Source: Octopus vulgaris (Eukaryota). Taken from it: 64,000 nt of DNA. A model generated the notes under the pieces. It ran no database searches, was not told where the DNA came from, and worked only from the letters and a program-made list of their open reading frames with translations. The translations under genes were made by a program, and so were the position numbers. Where the stretch lies: contig OX597817.1 in NCBI GenBank assembly GCA_951406725.2, forward strand, positions 57,412,001-57,476,000. The letters are read 5' to 3'. Positions within the stretch are counted from its first letter, which is position 1. Every line of letters starts with the position of its first letter. Of this stretch, positions 51,532-64,000 are shown in pieces.

Positions 51532-53247
51532 TAGTTGATAAAAATACAGTTGACCAACATCTAATGAAGAACAGTAAGAACCAGTGGGGTTTGAACCTTT
51601 ACAAGCATGATTGTGAAGATCACATAGGATCCTGTATCTAGGATGGTGCTATTACTAAACACACAAATACCAGAGATCATGTCCAAAATTAGGCCACCCT
51701 CTCTCTGACTGAGTAGCAATGACTCAGTCATCACTGGCTCAGATTTTTGATGTCTATACTATTACTACAGCAACAGCTTCTGTGAGCCAATCAAGAAGCC
51801 TGCAAGAAATAGTAGCCAAATCTCCTTCAAATCAAATCCTGCCATGTTAAATAAGTATAGGACACTTTAGCTGGTATGGTCACTAAATGGAATTCCTATT
51901 GTTCCTGGTTCTGACAGATCAGGGCTGACCTGTGGCTAAACAACAGTTTCTGCTTTGGACTTGTTAGCTACACCTCCTCTCCACCCTGGCCCACCTGATA
52001 CACTTGTATATTCTCCTCACCACAGCCTTACTGTGTTTCCCAATCCATGTCCTACAACCAGTCCTTCCTCTCCAGAACTATATCCCACAGGAACATTTTT
52101 CCCTCTTCATAGTTTTCCTACAGACAATCACCAAAATAGAACATCAGGCCTGAAATAAAAACAAAAGAAAAACACAAAAACCCCACCAAACAACTTTTAG
52201 GGGCACTGTGCCCTCACTACTTTAACAGATTTCTAAAGAAATTCTTATTAGTTCAACCTTTCTTTAGGTTTGCAAGAATGTGGAAGTCTAACATAAACTG
52301 GCAAGACCACACCCACACCAGAAGCAAGCAGTGCCAGGCACTGCCTCGCTTCATAAATAATAAATTAAACCAATGATTGAAACACATTTTCGTCTCCTTC
52401 TGCTCCAAATTTTACTTTTAAGATGTCAGAAAGAATTATACAGTGTCTGGTGGAATATTTCAGACACTGGAGAATATATAACAGCAAACAGGGGGTTGGG
52501 TGGGTGGGGGAAGACATTTAAGCAACAAGAAAATTGATGTGTTACAATCTGTAAACATATTTTAATTAGAGTAATTTGTGCACAGTACAGACATGAAATG
52601 ATATAGAATTATAGATTAAAAAATAATGGCATTTCAAGATATGTCACCACACACAAACTAACAGAACCCGATATTATTTTATTGGTTATAGCACTTCACT
52701 TATACCCACCTCAAGGGTACACCCTGACATACCTTCACCACCATCTGGTCTATCTGTCTGTCTATCTCTCACTTTCCAGCTGAGGTAATCATGTACCTCC
52801 ACTACAGCAACACACCTGTTTCTCTCCATTGATCACACTTTAATCTCTCATCACCCAGCACAAAGCCACCTCACTCAATACCACTCTTCACCTTAGTTAA
52901 AGGATCTTGTCATGCAAATTTCTTGGTGACCCCACTAGTGCAGGTGCCACTGAAAAAGCATACAGTACACTCTATAAAAGTGGTTGGCACTAGAAAGGGC
53001 ATCCAGCCATAGAAACTGTGCCAAAGTAGGCACTGGAGCTTGGCACAGTCCTCTGGCTCCAACTCATGCCAGCATGGAAAGCAGACCTTAAATGATGATG
53101 AGGATGATGTGTGTGTGTGTGTGTATGTGTGTGTGTGTGTGTGTGTGTATTAATGAATACGGTAAACCTTTTCTTTAAAAGTTTCATCATTTTTATTTAG
53201 GATTCTTCACATTTCCTTATTAATAAGACTAATGGATTCAGGAACTT

Positions 53248-53632
53248 TCATCATCATCATCATTTAATGTACGTTTTCCATGTTGGCATGGGTTGGACGG
53301 TTCGCCCGGGGTCTGGGAAGCCAGGAGGCTGCACCAATCTCCAGTCTGATCTGGCAATGTTTCTACAGCTGGAGGCCCTTCCTAACGCCAACCACTCCGT
53401 GAGTGTAGTGGGTGCTTTTTACATGCCACTGGCACAGGGGTCAGGAGGCTGGCAAACGGCAGCGATTGGTTGGTGCTTTTTACGTGTCACTAACACGGAC
53501 GCCAGTCAGGCGGCGCTAGCATTGGTCACGTTTGGATGGTGCTTTTTACATCCCATCGGCACGGGTATCACAACTTCAATTTCCATTTGATTTTGATTTT
53601 GATGTTGATGTACTTGACTCAATAGGTCTCCT
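53248..53632 (-). mobile_element. Family C: RTE 3' UTR fragment (close to the 38174 copy)
   Basis: Tail, conserved block, GACTCAATAGGTCTCCT. Confidence 0.85.
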
Positions 53633-54270
53633 TTTATTGTTTCCAAATAAACATAAAGGACTAATAAGATATAGCAAAATCACTAAAATAAATAAGAAAA
53701 AATTACAACATAACCATCTTTTTTTCTACAACATAACGTATATATGTGTGTGTGCATGTATGTATGTATATGTATATATATGTTTGTGTATATGTTACAT
53801 ACACACTCACGTTCAGTAATAAAGAGTCTTTTTTCTGTGTTGAAGAGCGATTGTCTGAAATTCACGTAAGATGTGTGAGTGATTGTGAAAGTTGTGGACA
53901 TTGATTGCGGAAGATTTGCCGAGGATGGAGAGAGAAATATGTTCAGTGATCCATTGAGTGTGTAATGTTAAGTTGAATGGCAAGTGAAGGACATGTGAGC
54001 TGAGAGAGAGAGCAAGTACCTGGATATTAAGGTCAACAGTTGAAGTGTTCAGGAAAGATGGACGACTGTGCTGGTGTGTGTGTGTGCGTGTGTGATGAGT
54101 AGGAGGTACTGCAAGTATGGATGACACATGTGTTGTATAATAAGAGTAGGAGTTATTGTTGGCAATGGACATGTGCTGTATAATGTGAGTGGGAGGTATT
54201 TCTATTATGGACGCGTGTCATATAGAGAGAGTAGGAGATACCACTGGTACAGACTGTACATGTATTATAT

Positions 54271-54500
54271 AAGGCGGCGAGCTGGCAGAAACGTTAGTGC
54301 GCCGGGTGAAATGCTTAGCAGTATTTCGTCTGTCGTTACATTCTGAGTTCAAATACCGCCGAGCTCGACTTTGCCTCTCATCCTTTCGGGGTCGATAAAT
54401 AAAGTACCAGTTTCACACTGGGGTTGATGTAATTGACTTAATCCGTTTGTCTGTCTTGTTTATCCCCTCTATGTTTAGCCCCTTGTGGGTAGTAAAGAAA
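54271..54500 (+). mobile_element. SINE family A, near full length
   Basis: AAGGCGGCGAGCTGGCAGAAACGTTAG head to GTAGTAAAGAAAT tail. Confidence 0.9.
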
Positions 54501-55254
54501 TATATATAATGAGAGTGGGAGGTGCTTAAAAACTGATCAAGGAACATAGGGAAAGAAATGGTGAGATTAAATACTGAGATATTGAGTTCCAGAGATGAGT
54601 AGCAATCCAGTACAGAACAAACCCCTTCAGCCTTATCAGTATGGAAAACTGGAATGAAAGAGGGGTGAGAGCTTCTGTTAGTCACATGACTTGCTAGAAA
54701 TAACAGCAGAATTTCTTTTCAATCACACCTCAGTCTCAAGAAGGGAGGTCAGTGGATAAAACAGTTTTAGATATACAAAATGTTGGCATGGTCATGGCTG
54801 GAACATCTTTATTATTTTTCTATATGATGCATTTATTGAACACTAATATCATTGGTTATAGGTTTTAAATGGGCCAAACATAATCTGATAGTGACAATTA
54901 CAAGAGAGTATCTGGAGAAATCAGGCAGAGTAAATACGCACAGATACTGTGCCAAGGATTCAACATCATCATTTAACATCCGTTTCCCATACCAGCATGG
55001 GTTGGATGGCTTGACAGGAGCTGAAGAACCAGGAGCTGAACCAGGCTCCAGCTGCCTGTTTTGGCATAATTTCTACAGCTGGATGCCTTTCCTAACACCA
55101 ACCTCTTTGCAGAGTGTACTGGGGGTTTTCACGTGGCACCAGCACAGGTGCTTCTTATGTGGCACTGGTATGGGTGATTTTTAAGTGGTACCAGCGCTGT
55201 AGCCTGACCACAGGCCACAAATTCCATGAAGTTCTTTCACCCATCATCTAATAA

Positions 55255-55420
55255 TGCAGGAATGGTCATGTCCTGGAGTGTACAAGAGGGTGAAGAAAGT
55301 CATCAACCCAACACAAAATGTCACAGTGCTATTGTGAACTAAAACAGGCATGACAAAGACGACGAGACAGAGGGACGAGTGCAGCACAACTCTGAATGGT
55401 CCTCCAGAGAAAACAACATC
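55255..55420 (+). pseudogene. Highly decayed RTE ORF fragment
   Basis: NGHV ... YCELKQ.*QRRR ... TTL, resembling the RTE pattern WxGHV...YGELKxG.R.RG..R.RYKDTLK. Confidence 0.35.
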
Positions 55421-55669
55421 ACAGACAGTGCACCAGATGCTACAGAGTATCACACTATTGTATAGTAGGTTATTATAATGGTATAACTATTGCAGTTGTA
55501 GACTATAAGAGAATTGACCAACCACTAACTTAGCAGTACAGTTAGATCTACAAAAGTCATGTAACATTGTAAATCAATAAAATAATACATGTTGTATTGT
55601 TTTGAGCAATAATGATAAATTTTGCAGTAAGAGGTTACAGCTAAGGTCCACAAACACACATACACACAC

Positions 55670-56090
55670 AGGTGCAGGCATCGCTGTGTAGTTAACAAGT
55701 TCCGTTCATAACCACATGGCTTCAGGTTCGGTCCCACTGTGCAACAACTTGGGCAAGTATCTTCTACTATAGCCTAAGGCCAACCAAAGTCCTGTGGGTG
55801 GATCTGAAACTGAAAGACGCCCATTCTGTGTTAGTGTTTGTCCTTGTCGTGACATTACATGCAAGTCATAAACAAACATTCCTACCATAGAAGCAGTGTT
55901 GTTCATTTGCCATCTTCTGCAAAAACACGTCCAGCCACTGTGCTGGTTGTATTAAATGGATTAAGGCAATATAACTTTAATTGGAAACAGGTGAGATTAA
56001 CAGGTAAACGTTGGCACCGGGAAAGACATCAAGTCATAGAAACTTTGCTCAACAAATTTGATACGATCCATGCCAACATGGAAAAGTATG
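55670..56090 (+). mobile_element. SINE with family B head and RTE-like tail, diverged
   Basis: Same architecture as 37607. Confidence 0.6.
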
Positions 56091-57197
56091 CTTACAAACA
56101 TTATACATCCAACAGGTCATGCACCCTTCATTTCTTTCCACCCTTTGTCCATTCTTAACATTTAATATCCATGTCACACTTTCATCATACAATCTACATT
56201 TTTGCTGAGACAAAAAATCTCCTTGTAACCAGTAAAGCTAATAACTCCTTGAACTTTTTTTTACTTTGTTCATATTTTGGCTTCTTTATTTTCAAAATAC
56301 CTTCCTCCATTGCTGATTTGGGTACCTAGGTACACAAAGGTACCTAGGTAAAACACCTCTCAACTACTACAGGCTCAGGAGTATTGCAAGAAATTTATTT
56401 TACTGGTACATTGAAGACTTACTCATCTTGTAGCTCAACCACAAGCAAAATTTTTATTATACTTAATTTAGTGGAGAGGCTGAGCAGAACAACACAATCA
56501 CATCGCTTTGAAATCCTGTTTCTCACATTTGTAAAGAATCAAAAAGTCTGGGGCACAATGACAAGAAACATCAAAAGTGATGTTTGGTTCTGAATCAATA
56601 ACCTCAATCAAATGTCCAACAGATAACACCAACCTAGAATGTTAGAAATCTATGGACACTGCCCTTTTCTTGTCAGTGTAACAACTACTAAACTACTGAA
56701 CTAATGTGTTATGAAAATCTCATGGTATTTAAGATTAGGCAGCTTTAAAATGTTGACAACCTAATCACAGCAGACAAACATCATAAAGGTTAAAGCACAA
56801 ATAAAAAAAAAAATGAAAAATGACACCAATAAAAGAAGAAACAAAGATCAATTTATTGATAGTGGAATCTGTTTTCTTTCTCTGGCAGACATCTCCAGAA
56901 AGGACATTCAATAAATACCGACAACATTTTGATAAGATAGCAGATATCAGGAAGTTGTTTCTTAATATAACAACCACTGAAACAATCCAGAGAATGTAAC
57001 CATTCCACAGAAACTCTATCGTTATGGATATTTATTTATTTACTTAAACCTATTCTTGTTTTTCACTCATTGTAGTCTGTAGCATCATCATTCAGTGAAA
57101 CTGAATACAGGGGTTGCTATTACCAACAGTTTTTAAACAGGCAACTGCCTCGGTTGGGATCAGGGACTCCCAATTACAATAAATATTTAGTATGATA

Positions 57198-57352
57198 CTA
57201 GCAGTATCGCCTGTCATTGCTCGGGTTTGTTTCAACCCTTTAGAATTGGAATTTTTGAAAAGTAAAAATTTTGCGTTATGCAGCTCTTTAAGTGAACATT
57301 TTTCTGGTTGAAATACACCAAAAAATGGTGACACAGCAGTCAAAAAATCGTG
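57198..57352 (-). mobile_element. Helitron 3' portion, same family as 51140
   Basis: Reverse complement of about 51365-51531 including the CTAG end. Confidence 0.8.
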
Positions 57353-58699
57353 AAAGAAGATTAATTCTGATTGCTCTCAAAAATTAAGTAAAAAAATGGA
57401 AAACCCATCTAGAATCCTTGTCCAGTATTGGATTGATCCCAAAATCTAATCAGTTCATCTTATCACACTTCCTCTGCAAATTATGGTCTTCCAAAGTTAT
57501 GTCGGTGACAAAATCAGCAAGATGACAACACTGACTTATAATAATGATAATGATTATGAAGATGATGACAATTATGATGATGATGACAATGACAAAGATA
57601 ATGCTGATGATGAGGACAATGACAGGTGATGACGATGGATGATGACAATAACACTGACAATGAGAATGACAATGACAAAAACAACAATGAGGTGTCAAAG
57701 ACGATGATGAGCATAAACGACAATGATCTGGGAAAGGTCTTTGGTCCCCTGGTGGTGATATTGTGAACAGAAACATAAAAATTGTGAAACTAACATTTTT
57801 GGAGGGAGGAAAGAAAGGGACAAACATTGTGTAAACAATTCCTCACAGACCCCCCCCCCATCTTACCTCGAGTATATTGGGGGGAGGAGGTCATGAGAAT
57901 GTGTGGTGTTCATGAGTCTCAGATATGTCAGAAATATAGACGAAGCCAGGGGTTAAAGCTGTGACCCAGTTTCATGAGCTCACTGCAAGAATACCAATGC
58001 TATGTTGCTATAATTAACCAAAATATTCCAGGAAATCTATTTCGAGCGAGAAAAGAATTAGATTAAGAAAAAGAGAGCAGGGAAGGTATAGGAGGGAGAG
58101 TATAACAGAGGGAGTGAGGGAGAGTTAAGAACAGAGACTGAGAGACAAAGAGAGTGAAAGAGTGAATGAGGGTGAGTATGGGAAAGAGAGAGAGAGTCCG
58201 GAGAGAAACAGGTGACCATTGCTGCACTTGCTGTAGGTGTTTGAGGAGACTGGACAGTGGCTATAATTGGTCAGTTAAAAGCTACATTATAGTTGGAGTG
58301 GGAGGATATTTACAAACTTCTAGAATCAATCAATAAGAATATCATTTTGCTGGCAGTGAAGTTAAAGTTTGTGTGAAATGGTGGATTAGGTAGTCTTAGA
58401 CGGAATGTTGAATTTTGCAGCCTGTGTCTGGCCTCACACAGCCTTGACAAGAATCATTTAACCTGCCAGAAAGGAGAGTCAAATATCCCTCAAATCACAT
58501 CCTTTATCTGATATCAATAAAATGTGTTCTTTCCTTATTCAAGGTGAAGGGGGGGAGATTTGACTGCTATTTCAAGCAGTTCGATCATAGGTCTACTTGA
58601 ATAGAGCTGACCTGGAGCTAACATCATTTTCATCACAGTTCACTCACAAAACACACACACACACCTTGCATGAGGTAATCTATAGTGGCTAGGACAAGA

Positions 58700-58940
58700 T
58701 CATTCTTGGATGAATTCCAGGTGTCGACAAAACCGAACTGGCTCGTCTGTTTTTGCAGGTCAAGGACAAGTATGGATAACTTCCAGAAATTCTTGGCCTG
58801 AGGAGAACCACTGGTGCAAGATAAACTCTATGAGCAGAGAAGTGCTGTCCAACAGGCCTGCCCACGATGTGTGCAGAGTAATTCTGCATGTACTTGCACA
58901 GCGTCTGGGCATTGTCGATTTGTGGAGTTATGTCAAATAG
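58700..58940 (+). pseudogene. Decayed L1/Tx1-type LINE ORF2 fragment, zinc-binding (zf-RVT-like) region
   Basis: MDNFQKFLA*GEPLVQDKLYEQRSAVQQACPRCVQS, frameshift, ILHVLAQRLGIVDLWSYV: CxxC..H..W spacing of L1-clade C-termini. Confidence 0.6.
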
Positions 58941-59330
58941 TAAGAGAGGACTGGATATCAGCCAAGTGTTTAATGATCATTATCTAACCACTCCTCTTTA
59001 AATGGGAAAGGAATGTAGCTTTTCTTTGTCAAGTGGCTATAGTGAAAAGAGAATGTGCTGTGGACAAAGCTGAAAAGCTTGAGGACTGGCATTTTCCTCT
59101 TGGACTGAGCCCTCATCGACATTTTCAAGTTTCACTTAGAAAGGAAAGAGAAGGTAGATAAGAAGGTGCAGTCCTCAACTTAATTAACTGAAGGGTGGCA
59201 AGAATGGATGTGATTGCTCTAAGTAGAAATTGATGCATTGGAGAAGGTATTTTTGCACTTAATGTTCAGTTTCCTTGGATGGGTACCATGAATGGATTTT
59301 AGATAGAGGTCAACCTGCATTATTTATTAA

Positions 59331-59740
59331 CCCTTTAGCATTCAGATTACTCTATCAAATGTAATGCTTATTTAGTCACATTCATCATCATCATCGTTTA
59401 ACATCCGTTTTCCATGCTAGCATGGGTTGGACGATTTGACTGAGGTCTGGTAAACAAGATGGCTGCGCCAGTCTCCAATCTTGATCTGGCAGAGTTTCTA
59501 CAGCTGGATGCCCTTCCTAACGCCAACCACTCTGAGAGTGTAGTGGGTGCATTTACATGCCACCGGCACGAGGGCCAGTCAGGCGGTACATTGTTTTGAA
59601 TTAATCCTGCATTATCTTATACCTTCGAGATTTCAATGGTATGATTATTTATAGAATGACATTGCAGAGTTGGTGTGAGAGGCCAGATTGGGTCAGTTTG
59701 AACATAAACAGGCAGACTATTTAGGCCGGATATAGCTGCA
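59331..59740 (-). mobile_element. piggyBac-type MITE interrupted by a family C insertion
   Basis: TTAA|CCCTTTAG end; homologous to 13091 in reverse. Confidence 0.7.
59383..59587 (-). mobile_element. Family C RTE 3' fragment with 5-bp target duplication
   Basis: ACATT at 59378-59382 and 59588-59592. Confidence 0.85.
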
Positions 59741-60140
59741 TTAATTTTTATACCACGGAGATATGTCTAATTTTTTTTCTTTGCTGTCTTTTTTTTTTTC
59801 TTATCTGATATTTCCATGTAATCACTCCTGCACTCTATGTCTGCCTTTGTAATTAAATCTTCCACCTGTTGCCCTTGTGGCAAATAAAAAGAAATCACCA
59901 CCACCACCATCAGCAGCATTGTTTTGTGTATTTACTTAGATCTTCCTCTCTAATTCATGATATTATATCAGGACATCCTCATTAGTAAATATCATTCTAC
60001 CAATTAACAGCGGAGAGTCTCAAAAATAAATACCTTATCTGAATCATATCATCTTTTAGATGTTTTATTTTCTTCTCAAATGAAGTTCTGTTTGTTTATC
60101 TAGCAGGTTTACCCTTCTTGATGGACACAGTTTATTATCA

Positions 60141-60179
<39 letters not shown>

Positions 60180-60180
<1 letters not shown>

Positions 60181-60320
60181 GGTGGTGAGCTGGCAAAATC
60201 GTTAGCACGCCAGGCAAAATGCTTAGCGAGATTTTGTCTGCCACTACGTTGAGTTCAAATTCCAGGAAGGTCAACTTTGCCTTTCATCCTTTTGGGGTCA
60301 ATAAACTAAGTACCAGTTGC
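60180..60320 (+). mobile_element. SINE family A, 3'-truncated, after long (ATT)n
   Basis: Head, B-box and core. Confidence 0.8.
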
Positions 60321-60447
60321 GATATATATATGTGTGTGTATCTATAGCGACATATGTGTGTGTGTGTGTGGTGTGTATTTATGTATATATATATGTGTGT
60401 ATATATATATATATGTATGTATATGTGTGTGTGTGTGTGTGTGTATG

Positions 60448-60480
<33 letters not shown>

Positions 60481-60488
60481 GTGTGTGT

Positions 60489-60526
<38 letters not shown>

Positions 60527-62364
60527 CAGGTTTTCATAGTGTCTGGCCACCAAACTGAAGTAAAAAAACAAACATATTTTAATCATTCATTCAAAATTCA
60601 CAGCTTGCACTTATTTCGGTTTCTAATTTCATTTCATGAAAATAATACCCAATTACTTGTTTATCTCTTAACAATTCAAACCCGTTTCCTTGTACATATA
60701 ACACTAAAGTGCCTCACCTATGCTGGTGCCACATGAACTGCACCCAGTGCCACTCTGTCAAGTGGTTGGTGTTAGGAAGTGCATCAAGCTGTAGAAACCA
60801 TTCCCAAACAGACAACTGGAGCCTGGAGTGGCTTTCCAGCCTTGCCAGCTCCTGTCAAACCATCCAACCCATGCCAGCATGGAAAGCAGAGGTTATGGGT
60901 ACATGTGTTTGTGGAGTGCTAAGCCACTTGCCTGTTAATTTCATGAGCAGGCTGTTCCATTGACTGGATCAACTGGAACCCTCGTCATCATAACCGACGG
61001 AGTGCCAGTCATATATATTCGTCTATGTGTGGGTATCTTTGGGCCTGTGTTTGTTCCCCCCCCACCGCTTGTCAACCAGTGTTGGTTTGTTTATGCCCCT
61101 GTAACATAACAGTCCAGCAAAAGAGACAGATATATAGAATAAGCATGAGGTTCAAAAAAAAAAAAAAATTAATACTTTTGACTAAAACTACGGTGATGCC
61201 CCAGCATGGCCACAGTCTGAATGACTGACACATGTAAGAAATAAATGATAAACCAAACTAACGTAATTTGATTATGACTAGACTTGCTGCTAATGTTGAA
61301 TTTTGGAAATATCACCAAAGCATCACACTCTCCCACTCCACCCCCATCACTAACAGCACCACCACCACCGTCAACACCACTACCCCCTCCTCTGCCATCA
61401 CCACAATCGATACACAGAACTAAAATAACATGCGTGTAATGACATCACTTCACATCCTCCTTATAGCGATCCATTCACCAGCAACATCTATTTATCAGGT
61501 TTAGCTGCTGTTAAAAGATGCTAGCTTCCTTCGTTCTCGTCGTCACCATTATCTTCTCACCTTTATAATGAAGTCTGCTGCTTCATTCACACTGTTTATA
61601 AATTTGGTAACTGATGATAACTGCAGCAATCGTTGTTGTTGTCGTTGTTAAGCCCACACCGTTCCTATAACCCAAATTCTCCCATTTTTAAATAAAATAC
61701 ATTAGTACACGATGTAAAGTACTTTGGATAACAGGATGTGATTTGAGGGATATTTGGCTGCTATTTTTAGCAGGCTGAACAAATGCATATGGATTGTGCA
61801 TATTACATGCATATATAAGGTGTGGAATGTCCTGGCATCTCCTTTCACAAATGCATTATCATCAGGTTGAGGGGAGGGGCACTCTTCAATGAAGATCACA
61901 AAAATTACTGTTGTCTATTACTAAGCAGTGGTGGTCAGCTTCATTGTCAAAACAATGTGGTATCTTAGCGTCGATATCATCATCATCATTATTGCCATAA
62001 TTAACAGCAGCTAATTAACGAAGCCTTGCTGTGGAATTTCTCTCGCATTAGAAAGCTAATTATACAAATATGTGTACACACCTGTGGAAGATGTGTGTGC
62101 ATGTGTGTATGTGTGTGGTTTTACATTCCTTTGTGTGTACGGACATGAGTTAATGCCAACAACACTGATGTATGTGCTTATAGACATGCAGTGAAAATGT
62201 GTACGTACACGTAGGTTTACATATGCAGAAATTAGTATAGTAACATGGTTGGGTTTGTGTGAGGATATACATTGTACATATGTGTGTATGTATGTATCTA
62301 TTATATATATATATATATATATGCATATACATTTTTTTTTCTCTCCTTGTTTTTTTCTGTGTCC

Positions 62365-62400
62365 CTTTCTGTAGAAGAGCGTAGGCTCGAAACGTAAAAG
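62365..62400 (+). ncRNA. Minimal hammerhead ribozyme-like motif in a short (TA)n-flanked element (about 62330-62497)
   Basis: CTTT-CTGTAGA-A-GAGC-gtag-GCTC-GAAAC-GTA-AAAG: stem I CTTT/AAAG, stem II GAGC/GCTC, palindromic ACGT stem III, GUA triplet; one core deviation from CUGANGA. Confidence 0.6.
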
Positions 62401-62936
62401 ACTTTTTTCTATTCCTGAGCGTTATACTAATATATCTGTTTGTTTTGTACACCACCTGTCTTCGTCTTTTGTTTTTTTTTTTCGTAAACTCTCCCTATAT
62501 ATATATCCAAACACATGCACACACACAGATTGGAAATATATGCACATGAGCACACATTTGTACCTCTAAGCGAGCATGTGTCTGTATATGTATATACATA
62601 CACGTATAAGTGAAGTGTGGCACAGTCATCGTTGCTTAACATCCACTTTTCCATGCTTGCATGGGTCAGACTATGCATGTATCTGTGTTTATGTGTGAAA
62701 GTATGTAAGTACATACCAAAAGCTTATGGTAGAGGCTGTCAAAGGATCTAATATTGTGCTGAATCTATTAATTCCAGCATTAAATATCAGCATACCAACT
62801 TCAGGCTATTTCTATGCATAATACAGCATCAACCTGACTTAATCTCACTTCCTGAGTGTGTACTATTAGATTTGAAAACGAATTATATAACCAGATTATA
62901 GCAGATTATAATAATTCTCTTCTTGTAGCAGCATGG

Positions 62937-62980
<44 letters not shown>

Positions 62981-63019
62981 CATACATATATGCATATGTA
63001 TGTATATCTATACATACAT

Positions 63020-63212
63020 ATCTTTTATTGTTAACTTATTTCAGTCATTAGACTGAGGCCATGCTGGGGCACCACTTTGAAGAATTTTAGTCAAACTGAC
63101 TGCAGTAATTATTCTATTAGTCTCTTTTGCCAAACCGCTATGTTACAGGGATGTAAACACACCAACATCAGTTGTCAAGTGATGTTGGGGGGACAAACAC
63201 ATACATTAATAC

Positions 63213-63279
<67 letters not shown>

Positions 63280-63427
63280 ACAAACTTCTTTCAGTTTCTG
63301 TCTACCAAATCCACTCACAAGGCTTTGATCAGCCCAAGGCTAGAGTAGAAGTCACTTGCAGTGGATCTGAACCCAGAACCATGTGGTTGGTAAGCAAGCT
63401 ACTTACCACACAGCGATGCCTGCACCT
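63020..63427 (-). mobile_element. SINE family B with expanded internal (TA)n
   Basis: Reverse match to 19081. Confidence 0.85.
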
Positions 63428-63430
63428 ATG

Positions 63431-63480
63431 TGTCTTGCAACCTTTTCAATAGTCAAGACTATTGAAAAAGTTGCAAGACA
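63431..63480. repeat. Hairpin with 24-bp arms, 2-nt loop, one mismatch
   Basis: TGTCTTGCAACCTTTTCAATAGTC-AA-GACTATTGAAAAAGTTGCAAGACA. Confidence 0.9.
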
Positions 63481-64000
63481 ACGAAAATTTTAGGAAAATA
63501 AAAATAAGGGGAAATTTTACCAGTAACTGTGTTACATTCTAAGGCACAAAAAGAAAATGACTCTCCCCAGACGCAACAGAATATGCTTCAACACATGAAC
63601 TCATATAAAGAATCTTGCAAACCAAATCCCAAAACGATATATATATACACATACACACATTATATATGTAAGGAAAAGCTACCATCTAGGTGTCTAAACA
63701 CCCAGGATATAGTCTTTTGTACAGACATTATAGTCTTACTTTTGAAACAGTGTATACAGAAAAAACAGGCTGGGGAGGGGAGTGGGTGAATGAGGGACGA
63801 ATGGACCTTCATGTGAGAGCAAAATGTTGACTACATTATCAGATCAATGGACTGATAGTAAAGGTAGGTGTGTGTCTAGAGGGAGTAGAGGTGGTAGTAG
63901 AGAGCACAGTTGTTGATGGCATTGGTGGTGGTGGTGGTGATGGTGCCAGGAGATGAAAATGGACTGATCAGCATTATTATTATCATCAGAGCTGTGTGCT

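Overview
AT-rich, repeat-saturated eukaryotic non-coding DNA, probably a large intron or intergenic region. The SINE set resembles octopus/coleoid cephalopod repeats as I recall them; this is inference and no search was run. I cannot support any intact host gene, and nearly all ORFs in the track come from microsatellites or repeats. The window holds several tRNA-headed SINE families (labelled A, B, E, F), about 20 5'-truncated 3' ends of one RTE-clade LINE (family C), and a further short dispersed repeat (family D). It also has decayed CR1, RTE and L1/Tx1 ORF2 fragments, a non-autonomous Helitron (two copies), TTAA piggyBac-type and Tigger-type MITEs, and long microsatellites. The most notable signal is a group of small non-coding elements, most sitting in (TA)n/(TG)n tracts. 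One is a fold-back element carrying two inverted minimal hammerhead-ribozyme motifs (16.3-16.7 kb), one carries a third hammerhead-like motif (62.4 kb), and one is a perfect 91-bp-arm palindrome (9.7-9.9 kb). These are consistent with Penelope-like-derived non-autonomous elements. Repeat boundaries are read by eye and approximate unless termini are quoted.
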